Part shown: one piece after another, positions 17,504 to 25,763 of the stretch
Position numbering within the stretch: position 1 is the first letter of the stretch
How the letters are laid out: each line of letters starts with the position of its first letter
Assembly: GCA_009783515.1 (NCBI GenBank)
Contig: WRDI01000010.1
Span: 1 to 31,498 of the forward strand
Length of the DNA: 31,498 nucleotides
Origin: Bacillota bacterium
Lineage (GTDB): Bacteria; Bacillota; Clostridia; Christensenellales; Pumilibacteraceae
Direction: 5' to 3'
Made by a program: the position numbers and the translations under genes
The notes under the pieces: generated by a model
Told to the model about the DNA's origin: nothing
Database searches by the model: none
The model's input: only the letters and a program-made list of their open reading frames with translations

Positions 17504-18880
17504 TTGAAAATGAAATTTGTCAAACGTCTTGTTATTTTGTCGGGAGAGCGCGGCAAGGGTACGCTGGCTCTTGAACGTAACGCTTACGGGGTCTTTGTCA
17601 AACTTAACGCCGTCTGCCGCAGTCTTTTTAACCTTGATTTGGTTGTGCGGATAGACGGCAAGGTTTTTTCGCGGAGGGTTAGCGGCGACAAGGCGGATTT
17701 TAGCCTTGACGGCGTCCTTAGCATAGAGGTTGTGCACGCCGCCGTTTTTTCCGATGGACAGCTTGTTATGTACGGCACAAACGAGCCGCGCCGACTTTTG
17801 GCAAGCGAGGCGGAGGGACTACGGGCGTACATAAAGAAAGATAAGGAAGCGGTGTTCAGTACGCGGGGTCAAATCGACGGGTCGAATATAATCAAGCTTT
17901 CTTACGGAGAAACAGAGCGGGAAGCGGCGGCGGAGTTCTTGCCGCCTGACGAGAGAGTAAAGCTTGACTTTACGAAAGAAACAGAGAAAGCCGGGCAGGA
18001 AACAGACAGTAACGATAGTAAAAATGTGATAGAATACGAGGATGAAAAGTTGGCGGAAAAGAACTTTTATCTGGAGCGATTGGATTACGACGCGGTCGTT
18101 AATGAAAGATTAGGGGGGAGGGAAATGAAGGCTGACGATTTTTTGAAAGATTACGAGGTTTCGCCAAGCTTAAGGGTGCAGGCGTTTTTATCCGGCAAGG
18201 CATCGGGGACGGGTTTTGCCGTGCAAGAGACAGCACGGCAGGAATTTGTACGGCAAGAGCTGGCGGAGCAAAAAACCGCAGGCGGCGCATCGCCGACAAC
18301 AACTGAAAAATCGGGAGGGCTTAAACTTTTCGGACAAAAAAGTGAGACGCAAAAGGGAGATTTTGACGAAGGGCGTGATTTTTTCAGCCTTAAAAATTCC
18401 GCCGCCGCTTATGCAGAAGCCGCTGCCGCCAAGGTCGAACCGGTCCAAAAACCGGGTAACATCAAAAGCTTCGCCGCTTACAATAACAGCCAAAGCACAA
18501 TCGTACAACCTTTCGCCCAAAGGGGTGGCGGGGCGGCGGCGGGGCGCGTAACGGCGCGGGGTAGCACCTTTTTTGAGCGCAACGGCGGGGAAATCGAAAA
18601 GCTGTTAAAAAATCCGCGCGAGGAAGTCCTAGAAAAGCTTTTGCCGGGCAGCAGGTGGGTGAGAATCAATTATGACAATTCGGGTAGATTCTATGTCGTT
18701 GGGCTTATCGGTAGGGAGTTTTTGTGCTACGGCGTGCCCGCCGAGTTTTCCGCACAGCCCCCCGACGAGCTTAAAGGGTATTGCTGGTGGCTGCCCCTTA
18801 TCCCGGACGCGCCGAAGGGAAAGGGATACTGGATTATGTACCAAAATTTAACTACGGGCGAAACGGTGTACCCTAAGTAA
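17504..18880 (+). CDS. Hypothetical protein. The likely true start is ATG 17510 (MKFVKRL…).
   Basis: Long ORF with host-like codon usage. ggag lies 9 nt before ATG 17510. The middle is Ala/Gly/Glu-rich and low-complexity. The C-terminal domain is conserved-looking (…WVRINYDNSGRFYVVGLIGREFLCYGVP…GYCWWLPL…). I recognise no family for it. Confidence 0.5.
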   Translation: MKMKFVKRLVILSGERGKGTLALERNAYGVFVKLNAVCRSLFNLDLVVRIDGKVFSRRVSGDKADFSLDGVLSIEVVHAAVFSDGQLVMYGTNEPRRLLASEAEGLRAYIKKDKEAVFSTRGQIDGSNIIKLSYGETEREAAAEFLPPDERVKLDFTKETEKAGQETDSNDSKNVIEYEDEKLAEKNFYLERLDYDAVVNERLGGREMKADDFLKDYEVSPSLRVQAFLSGKASGTGFAVQETARQEFVRQELAEQKTAGGASPTTTEKSGGLKLFGQKSETQKGDFDEGRDFFSLKNSAAAYAEAAAAKVEPVQKPGNIKSFAAYNNSQSTIVQPFAQRGGGAAAGRVTARGSTFFERNGGEIEKLLKNPREEVLEKLLPGSRWVRINYDNSGRFYVVGLIGREFLCYGVPAEFSAQPPDELKGYCWWLPLIPDAPKGKGYWIMYQNLTTGETVYPK

Positions 18881-18960
18881 GGCTAAGTATATTTTTCCAC
18901 CCTAAAAGGCAAAAATTTGCACATTTTTTTTTCATTTTCCCGCCGCTGTCACTTAATTAA

Positions 18961-18989
18961 TTGACTTGCGGCGTAATTTGTAGTATAAT
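18961..18989 (+). promoter_or_regulatory. Near-consensus sigma-A promoter for the lipoprotein gene.
   Basis: TTGACT, a 17-nt spacer, then TATAAT. RBS ggagaaagg lies before ATG 19076. Confidence 0.6.
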
Positions 18990-19075
18990 CACTCGGCTAA
19001 ACTGTTTGAATTTTGGCTAAATTCAATATCGCAGTTTAACATCAAAACTTTACCAACGGAGAAAGGTTACCTGAA

Positions 19076-20698
19076 ATGAAAAGAAAATTATCTTTAATAA
19101 TTGCCCTTATACTCGCCCTCGCGCTTGCCCTCACTGCCTGTGGCAACCTTGTCGGTATCAAAGTACAAGGCGTGCAGGACACAGACTATATCGTCTTAAG
19201 TAACGGCGGTAGCGCGGTGCAGTACGGCAATTACATCTACTTCATCAACGGCTATAACGGCTATGACGACGTCGAAGCTACGTCCAACGTCTTTAACAAG
19301 GTGGAGAAGGGCGGTCTTTATCGCGCCGAGTTGGTGGGTAGACCCGTCGAGCGCACCTTTGACCTCGCTTCGGGCTTTGTAACAAAAAAGACTTTTGAAC
19401 CGCTACGAGACGCAAAAACAAAGTTCGCTTTTAAAACTACCACCAACTGGATATTAACGGGGTACGAAAAGGACGAGGACGGTCAGTGGCTTAAGGACGA
19501 AAAAGATAATTACGTCGAAATAAGAGAGCCCGTCGAATACGCCGATGTGCAAAAGATAGGACCGAAAAAGATAGGTACTGTCGGCAATCCCGAAGGCGGT
19601 ATTTTTGTTTTCGACGACTACGTTTTTTATGCCAGCCCTAACAACACCAAGGACCGTAACGGCAAGGTGCAGACGCACAAAACCGATTTTTTCCGCGCAA
19701 AGTTAGACGGGTCAAAAACCGAACGCATTTATACGACTGAAGACACCGCGACAAGTTCGCCCTATATGTTTTACAAATACAGCGGCGCATATTATCTTGT
19801 GGTGCAAGAAGGGGATAAAGTTGTGTCGGTAAAAATGGACAGGAAAATCGCCAAACCCGTCACCATCGGCGAGGGCGTAAGCAGCGTGCTGTTCCCCAAC
19901 AAGGGGACATACTATAAGGGTATGCCCGAAAATACCGCGGACGACTTTATCTACATCCTGAGAAAACCCGTGCGGACGGACGAATATTCTGACACCACCA
20001 TGATCGGCAACGTGTTAGAGGCGCGGCGTCCCGACGGTAGCCATGCACAGGTTATCGCGGGCGCGGGCAAAACCAGCCTGATTTTGGGTGTGCATAACGG
20101 AATATTTTTCTATAGGATTGATAATTCAATTCATTATACAAACCTTGACAGGCTGGTAAATCATATAGCCGACGACGCGAACTATGACGACGCGAACTAT
20201 ATATTAGGCAATTTTAATTTCAACGCCTCCGACTACGATTCCGTCAGGTGCGTCAGCCCAAACCCTAAAAACCCGGAGGACGTATATATTATAGGCGTTA
20301 AAAGCGACGGGATGTATTTAACGGACAGGGTGGGCAGCGAGCGCAGGCTTTATAATATGGACTCTACGATTGTGGCGATTGACGGGGCTTATCTGTATTT
20401 TACTTCGGGCGTGATAGAGGGCGGCGCCACGGTCAATAAATTATTGCGGCTGAATATGTTTGTTCCCACGGCTGAGGTTGAGCAAATCCTTGCCACCGAC
20501 GGCACGGATAGGACGGCGACCTTTAAGTTTGATATTTTGACCGATTTTGTGATGTATTTTGCAGACATTGACAACGAAGCGAAGTCCTATGCGCATTTTA
20601 AGGAGTTGTCCGACATGAGCGCGGAAGGATTATTTGTGGGATACCGCATAAGTGCGGACACCATACCGGAGGAGAGTTTGTATCCGCAGGAGGATTAG
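19076..20698 (+). CDS. Lipoprotein, probably a beta-propeller (DUF5050-like) repeat protein.
   Basis: 540 aa. Signal peptide and lipobox (LALALTAC-G). A recurring motif (YIYFING, DYVFYAS, GAYYLVV, DFIYILR, GIFFYRI, DVYIIGV, GAYLYFTS, DFVMYFAD) suggests propeller blades. Confidence 0.7.
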   Translation: MKRKLSLIIALILALALALTACGNLVGIKVQGVQDTDYIVLSNGGSAVQYGNYIYFINGYNGYDDVEATSNVFNKVEKGGLYRAELVGRPVERTFDLASGFVTKKTFEPLRDAKTKFAFKTTTNWILTGYEKDEDGQWLKDEKDNYVEIREPVEYADVQKIGPKKIGTVGNPEGGIFVFDDYVFYASPNNTKDRNGKVQTHKTDFFRAKLDGSKTERIYTTEDTATSSPYMFYKYSGAYYLVVQEGDKVVSVKMDRKIAKPVTIGEGVSSVLFPNKGTYYKGMPENTADDFIYILRKPVRTDEYSDTTMIGNVLEARRPDGSHAQVIAGAGKTSLILGVHNGIFFYRIDNSIHYTNLDRLVNHIADDANYDDANYILGNFNFNASDYDSVRCVSPNPKNPEDVYIIGVKSDGMYLTDRVGSERRLYNMDSTIVAIDGAYLYFTSGVIEGGATVNKLLRLNMFVPTAEVEQILATDGTDRTATFKFDILTDFVMYFADIDNEAKSYAHFKELSDMSAEGLFVGYRISADTIPEESLYPQED

Positions 20699-20801
20699 GG
20701 CAGGTATAAGACCGTGCAGGGAAGCTTTTGTGGTCTTGCTTCGTAGCAGGGATCAGGGGCATAGGTCAGAGATTATAACAGATATAACAGATAATACAAC
20801 A

Positions 20802-20848
20802 AAACAGGCGAAGAATGCGTTTAGAGAACACGTTTTCTTCGCCTGTTT
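20802..20848. terminator. Bidirectional intrinsic terminator between convergent genes.
   Basis: aaacaggcgaagaa / ttcttcgcctgttt 14-bp stem, with T-runs on both strands. Confidence 0.6.
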
Positions 20849-20953
20849 CTTATTTATAAAGGGTTTATGAGATTTTTCGTCCCTGTTTTCTAACCTGACA
20901 TTAACTCCACTCTCCAAACTCCACTCTAACCTTTGACCCCTGCTGACCCCTGC

Positions 20954-21535
20954 TTACAAGTCCTCGTCTTCGTCCAAGTCGTCCTCGTCAAGGTCCTCGT
21001 CCTCGTCGTAATCCTCGTCGTCATAATCATCAAAATCTTCGTCAAGGTCGTCCTCATACTCCTCGTCAAACTCGTCTTCTTCGAATTCGTCGCCGTACTC
21101 GAACCCGTGACCTATTTCCTCGTCAAAGACCTCGGCATCCTCCTCCTCTGCGGCAAATTCTAACGAAATTTCCTCTATTTCGGGCTCCTCCGTGTCCTCC
21201 TCGTCGGTCAACCACGACTTAGCCTCACTCTCGTCCTTGACGGTTTCCTTTTGACAGACAAAGCAAATCTCCTCATCCTCGCCCAATACATTAACCTTAC
21301 AAATCGGGCAAATTTTCTCCGTTTCCTCCTCGTCGGGAATAAGTATCGTCTTGTCCAGTAGGCCCATCTCCGCCTTGCATACCGTGCAAAGTTTGTCTTT
21401 TTTGGTGATATAGTTAAGCTCGCATCTGGGACAAATAATATAAACGGGTCTTTTTTCCTCATGTTTCATCGGAGAATCTCCTTTACGCTTGACAAATACG
21501 CGCTTGACTATATTTCGCGCTTGTATTATATTCAT
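20954..21535 (-). CDS. Double zinc-ribbon protein with an extremely acidic C-terminal tail. The likely true start is ATG 21469 (MKHEEKRP…).
   Basis: aaaggag RBS lies before the ATG at 21469. It has two CxxC…CxxC motifs (CPRCE…CTVCK and CPICK…CFVCQ). The last 70 residues or so are about 70% Asp/Glu. Confidence 0.6.
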   Translation of the reverse strand: MNIIQARNIVKRVFVKRKGDSPMKHEEKRPVYIICPRCELNYITKKDKLCTVCKAEMGLLDKTILIPDEEETEKICPICKVNVLGEDEEICFVCQKETVKDESEAKSWLTDEEDTEEPEIEEISLEFAAEEEDAEVFDEEIGHGFEYGDEFEEDEFDEEYEDDLDEDFDDYDDEDYDEDEDLDEDDLDEDEDL

Positions 21536-21855
21536 TTTGTGTTCCGTTGTAAACTGATTTTTAGTAAAAAATTAAGTTTTTTTAGGATTTTTTTGTTGCT
21601 AACACTTTATTATTATGAAAAACATATAATTTCAAATGTTAATGAATATTTTCTTTTTGCTTTTTCCCAAAATACGACCTTAAAAGCATTGCAGAAGGGG
21701 TTTCAAGGGAAACGCGAGCAACCGCAAGTGCCCTCCTCTCGATGCCCGTTTCAGCCCCTAGAAATCTTGATTTTTAGGGAAGACGGGAGCGCTTTTGGGG
21801 CATTTCAAAAGCGGCATAGCCTTTTACGATAAGTTTTTATCCCAAAATTATTAGG

Positions 21856-22305
21856 TTAATAAGCAAACATCAAGACCAATCCGCTGTAAATAATAAGTAG
21901 GACGCCTGCGAATACTGTCAGCCACGAAATAAACGAAGCCGCGAATAGCGTTATTACCCCTAGTATTATACAGCCGACGCAGAAAGGCATAACCAGCCTG
22001 TGGTGATGGCAGGATGTGAGCAGCAGTATTATTCCCGTTGCAATCATAATTATTCCGCCCAAAAAGTAAGCTATGTATTCTACAAAAAGACACAAAATTA
22101 TCAAGAGTAGCCCTGCCGCGATAAGCGCAACGGCAAGCGGTAGCGACACCCTTTGCCGCGTAAAAAAACAGTACAAAAAGTACGCCCCCACGCCAAGCGC
22201 GCCAAGGCCTAAAATCACGCCCACTACGGCGAATGCGAGGTTTCCGAACACGCATAAAATTATGCCGCAAGTTAAAGTCGCCGCCACCCAAATATTCTTG
22301 ATCAT
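21856..22305 (-). CDS. Small polytopic membrane protein (hypothetical).
   Basis: 149 aa, almost entirely hydrophobic helices. The overlapping alternative frame (21851-22345) is Arg-rich nonsense. No strong RBS. Confidence 0.45.
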   Translation of the reverse strand: MIKNIWVAATLTCGIILCVFGNLAFAVVGVILGLGALGVGAYFLYCFFTRQRVSLPLAVALIAAGLLLIILCLFVEYIAYFLGGIIMIATGIILLLTSCHHHRLVMPFCVGCIILGVITLFAASFISWLTVFAGVLLIIYSGLVLMFAY

Positions 22306-22354
22306 GTATTATCTTATTCGTGAGTTTGTTGAGATATTCGAACACCGTTTATGC

Positions 22355-22383
22355 TTGTCAAAGGCGAAAAATTGTGGTATAAT
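22355..22383 (+). promoter_or_regulatory. Sigma-A promoter with an extended -10 (ttgtca-N17-tggtataat). It would place the transcription start at about 22390, at the mrnC ATG.
   Basis: Read directly in the sequence. Confidence 0.55.
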
Positions 22384-22389
22384 ATATTC

Positions 22390-22773
22390 ATGGACCATTT
22401 TGGCCTTTCTCCGCTGACGTTGGCGTTTGTGGGCGACGCGGTTTTCACCCTATTTATAAGGGAACGCCTTGCTTTACTCGATTTGCTGCCGGCGCAGCTT
22501 ACCAAAAAGGCGGCGGTGTTAGTCAGCGCGGTCAGCCAGTCGGAGCTTTTGGCAAAACTGGACGGGTTTTTAACCGAGGACGAAAGGGACATAGTAAGAC
22601 GCTGCCGCAACGCCCACACCCGGAGCCGCGCCAAAAACGCGGGGGTTGGCGAGTATCGTCGCGCGACGGGGCTGGAGGGATTGATTGGGCATTTGTATTT
22701 GAGTAAGGACGTAAGATTGGGCGAGGTTTTGGATAAATGTTTGGAGTATATGGATTTAGACTATAAAGGATAA
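22390..22773 (+). CDS. mrnC: Mini-ribonuclease III (23S rRNA maturation).
   Basis: MDHFGLSPLTLAFVGDAVFTLFIRERL is the RNase III signature region. About 128 aa with no dsRBD, as in Mini-III. The ORF-track start at 22351 lies inside the promoter -35 and is unlikely. Confidence 0.8.
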   Translation: MDHFGLSPLTLAFVGDAVFTLFIRERLALLDLLPAQLTKKAAVLVSAVSQSELLAKLDGFLTEDERDIVRRCRNAHTRSRAKNAGVGEYRRATGLEGLIGHLYLSKDVRLGEVLDKCLEYMDLDYKG

Positions 22774-22977
22774 AATGTAGCTGGGAGCGGCAAAGAGTGG
22801 GTTTCAGACGGGCAACAGCCCCATGCCGCCGACGGGAGTGTACCTTGATATACACGACCCCTTGCCTCTCTGAACTTTGCTGTCGCAAGGCTAGCAAATC
22901 GCAAGCGACTTGTCGGCTCGGCCGGCGGTAAGGCAAGCGTAGCCCGTATACTTCGTGCTTCGTAGCAAGACCGCTGT

Positions 22978-23835
22978 TTGCCGCTCACGAAAAAAGGAAT
23001 AAACATGAGCACTGCGGATAAAATTTTTATCGACAACATAAGGGACATTCTGTCAAACGGCGTGTGGGACACAGACTTTGCCGTGCGCCCAAAATGGTCA
23101 GACGGAACCCCCGCCCATACCGTCAAAAAGTTTGCTATTGTCAACCGTTATGATTTGGCAAAGGAATTCCCTATTATAACCCTGCGCAAAACCAATTTTG
23201 AGGCGGCGGTCGACGAGCTGTTTTGGATTTGGCAAAAAAAGAGCAACGACATAAAACAGTTAAACAGCCGCATTTGGGACGCGTGGGCGGACGAAAACGG
23301 CAGTATCGGCAAGGCTTACGGGTATCAGCTTGGGATAAAGCACGAGTACAAAGAGGGGCTTTTCGACCAGGTCGACAGGGTCTTATATGACCTATCTCAC
23401 AACCCCAATTCGCGCAGAATGATTACTAATATGTACGTCCACGCCGACCTTTCCGCGATGAATTTATACCCCTGCGCGTATAGCATGACCTTCAACGTGT
23501 CGGGCGGGCGGCTTTGCGGCGTCCTAAACCAACGGTCACAGGATATGCTGACCGCCAACAACTGGAACGTCGTGCAATACGCGGTTTTGTTTCATTTGTT
23601 TGCGTCGGTGTCAAATTTGGAGGTCGGCGAACTGGTACACGTCATTGCCGACGCGCATATTTACGACCGCCACATCCCGATTTTGGAGGGGCTTTTGGAT
23701 AATGTGCAGTTTGACGCGCCAAGTTTTAATATTCGGAACAAAAGAGAGAATTTTTACGATTACAAGGTTGAGGATTTGGAGTTAAAGGGTTATGAGTTTA
23801 CGCCGTTGAAAGGGAAGATTGAGGTAGCGGTTTGA
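22978..23835 (+). CDS. thyA: Thymidylate synthase, divergent B. subtilis ThyA type. The likely start is ATG 23005 (MSTADKIF…).
   Basis: DGTPAHT, ELFWIWQKKSND, VDRV, SRRMI, PCAYS…QRSQDM and a C-terminal EVAV align with B. subtilis ThyA. RBS aaaggaa lies before 23005. Confidence 0.9.
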   Translation: MPLTKKGINMSTADKIFIDNIRDILSNGVWDTDFAVRPKWSDGTPAHTVKKFAIVNRYDLAKEFPIITLRKTNFEAAVDELFWIWQKKSNDIKQLNSRIWDAWADENGSIGKAYGYQLGIKHEYKEGLFDQVDRVLYDLSHNPNSRRMITNMYVHADLSAMNLYPCAYSMTFNVSGGRLCGVLNQRSQDMLTANNWNVVQYAVLFHLFASVSNLEVGELVHVIADAHIYDRHIPILEGLLDNVQFDAPSFNIRNKRENFYDYKVEDLELKGYEFTPLKGKIEVAV

Positions 23836-23861
23836 TTTTGTGACAAAGTAAGGGGGCACCA

Positions 23862-23990
23862 CAAAACCGTAGGGGCGAACAGTGTTCGCCCGCGTCGGGG
23901 CAAAACCGCAGGGGCGACCACCGGTCGTCCGTGTCGGGAATATAAGCGGTTTTTTATTATTCAAACGACCGGTAGCTGCCCCTACGATAT
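23862..23990. repeat. Palindromic intergenic element between thyA and folA. It has direct repeats caaaaccgYaggggcgaMc, each with an internal hairpin, and terminal inverted repeats ccgtaggggc / gcccctacga.
   Basis: Read directly in the sequence. It is related to 14408-14488. Confidence 0.5.
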
Positions 23991-24007
23991 GGTAAAAAGG
24001 AGTTCAT

Positions 24008-24523
24008 GTGAAAATCATCGTCGCGGTAAGTAAAAATTGGGGGATAGGTTACCAAAACCGTTTGTTGTTCTCGCTTAAAGAGGACATGAGGTTTTTTCGC
24101 GAAACCACCATGGGCGCGACGGTGGTGATGGGGCTTAATACGTTTAAATCTTTGCCAAACCAAAAACCCCTTAAAAACCGCAAAAACATAGTGCTGTGCG
24201 GCGGCGGTTTTGACCATGACATCTGTCCCGACGGGTTGATTTTGGCTCACAATCTTTCCGAATTAGCGGCGATTTTGAAAGAGGAAACGGACGAGTTATA
24301 TGTTATTGGCGGCGCGTCCGTCTACCGCCTTATGCTGCTCTATTGCGAGGAGGCGTTGGTAACCAAAGTGGACGCCGTAGTGGAAGCCGACTGTTTTTTC
24401 GAGGATTTGGACAAATTAGATAATTGGGAGTGTGTGAAAGAAAGCGACGTGATAGAGGACAGCGGGTACAAAATCAAATTTACAACTTACAAAAATACAA
24501 ACGTCAAGGATTTTAGGGGATAA
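24008..24523 (+). CDS. folA: Dihydrofolate reductase (GTG start).
   Basis: VKIIVAVSKNWGIGYQNRLLF…MGLNTFKSLP…RKNIVL is a DHFR signature. RBS aaaaaggag. It follows thyA. Confidence 0.9.
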   Translation: MKIIVAVSKNWGIGYQNRLLFSLKEDMRFFRETTMGATVVMGLNTFKSLPNQKPLKNRKNIVLCGGGFDHDICPDGLILAHNLSELAAILKEETDELYVIGGASVYRLMLLYCEEALVTKVDAVVEADCFFEDLDKLDNWECVKESDVIEDSGYKIKFTTYKNTNVKDFRG

Positions 24524-24532
24524 CATTTTTTT

Positions 24533-24628
24533 ATTTACGATTTACAATTTACGAATTGCGGTCGGATTTAAGAAACACAACTCAAATCTATCCTTAGTTT
24601 GTAAATTGTAAATTGTAAATCGTAAATC
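24533..24628. repeat. Heptad-inverted-array element, variant unit ATTTACN / NGTAAAT, between folA and the rRNA methyltransferase gene.
   Basis: atttacgatttacaatttacgaat is read against tttgtaaattgtaaattgtaaatcgtaaatc, with a 39-nt core. Confidence 0.7.
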
Positions 24629-24692
24629 TTGCACGGTACGAGCCAAAAACAACGACCCACAACAAAAAAAACGGGAGAACAAAGCAAAAACA

Positions 24693-25427
24693 ATGAAAAT
24701 CGAGGGCAGAAACGCCGTTATGGAGGCGTTAAAATCCGAGCAGACCGTCGACCGCTTGGTTGCGCAAAAGGACTTAAAAGATTCCGCCGCCCAGCGCATA
24801 ATCGACGAGGCAAAAAAACGCGGCGTGAAAATCAAGTTTTACGACAAAGAAGCATTAGACCGCGAAAGCAGGACGGGGCGGCATCAGGGCTTTATCGCCG
24901 AGATTACCGACTTTAAGTATTGCGAGCTGGACGACATTTTAAGCTACGCCGAAAAAAGGGAGGAAAAACCCTTCATCATTTTGCTTGACGGCGTGGAGGA
25001 CCCGCACAATTTAGGCAGCGTTTTGCGCGTTGCCGAGTGCGCGGGGGCTCACGGCGTCGTCATTCCCACTCACCGTAGCGTCTCCGTCAACGAGACGGTA
25101 ATCAAGGTCAGCGCGGGTGCGGCGGGACACGTCCGCGTCCACAAGGCCGCCAACATCAGCGACACAATCGAAACGCTTAAAAAGCGCAATATTTGGGTGT
25201 ATTGCGCGGATTTGAACGGGCAATCCTTATACAAAACCGATTTGACGGGGGCGGTGGCTATTGTCGTGGGCGGCGAGGGCAAGGGCGTGGGCACCCGCGT
25301 CAAGGCTTGCTGCGACGGCGCGGTCACCATACCTATGCTTGGCAAAGTCAATTCGCTTAATGCGTCGGTTGCGGCGGGGGTGGTGGCGTTTGAGAAGGTG
25401 CGGCAGGACAATGTGCGTAAACCCTAA
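24693..25427 (+). CDS. rlmB: SpoU/TrmH-family rRNA 2'-O-methyltransferase (RlmB-like).
   Basis: 244 aa. An N-terminal substrate-binding domain is followed by the SPOUT motifs …ILLDGVEDPHNLGSVLRVAECAG…, IVVGGEGKGV and …IPMLGKVNSLNASVAAGV. Confidence 0.85.
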   Translation: MKIEGRNAVMEALKSEQTVDRLVAQKDLKDSAAQRIIDEAKKRGVKIKFYDKEALDRESRTGRHQGFIAEITDFKYCELDDILSYAEKREEKPFIILLDGVEDPHNLGSVLRVAECAGAHGVVIPTHRSVSVNETVIKVSAGAAGHVRVHKAANISDTIETLKKRNIWVYCADLNGQSLYKTDLTGAVAIVVGGEGKGVGTRVKACCDGAVTIPMLGKVNSLNASVAAGVVAFEKVRQDNVRKP

Positions 25428-25454
25428 CTGCCTATTACACAAATTTATCGTTAA

Positions 25455-25650
25455 TTATGGCACTTTTGGAGTGCCCCAAAAGTGCCCCCGGGGTCCCCAA
25501 AAATCTTGATTTTTGGGGTGGGAAATGGGCATCAGGGGGAGGACACTTGCGGCTGCTCGTGCTAAAAACAGTCCTGTGGACTGTTTTTGCGGACTTTGTC
25601 CGCCGCGTCGCGCTCCCTTGGGAAACCCCCTCGCAACGCTTTTAAGGCCG
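25455..25650. repeat. Multi-hairpin repeat element, copy A. Its hairpins are ggcacttttggagtgcc, ccccaaaaatcttgatttttgggg, aaaaacagtcctgtggactgttttt and gcggactttgtccgc.
   Basis: The same element occurs in reverse orientation at about 31350-31498. It has identical flanks (ccggggtcccc…ttttggggtgg; ggacacttgcgg; cgcttttaagg) but different loop sequences. Confidence 0.65.
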
Positions 25651-25763
25651 GATTTTAAGAAAAACGGTTTACTGTTCTGGCTATGATGTGTGAAATACGG
25701 GATAAGTCAAAACAGAAGGGGCGATCATCGGTCACCCGCAAGCGGCCAATCGGGAGGAAACGA

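Noticed and set aside
21461-21832. 123-aa ORF in the AT-rich region upstream of the zinc-ribbon gene
   Set aside because: It has a low-complexity Phe/Leu/Ile-rich translation and no RBS. The region reads better as promoter and leader.
21851-22345. Alternative 164-aa frame overlapping the membrane-protein gene
   Set aside because: The translation is Arg-rich and off-frame-like. The co-directional frame encoding continuous hydrophobic helices is the plausible gene.
22774-23004. THF or ZTP riboswitch upstream of thyA
   Set aside because: I could not find the conserved cores, CGCGUUAAGUG…AUGGAC for THF or GGGUCGUGAC…CCGCCUGGGC for ZTP. The gcgttaagcaaa strings elsewhere in the window belong to simple hairpin repeats.
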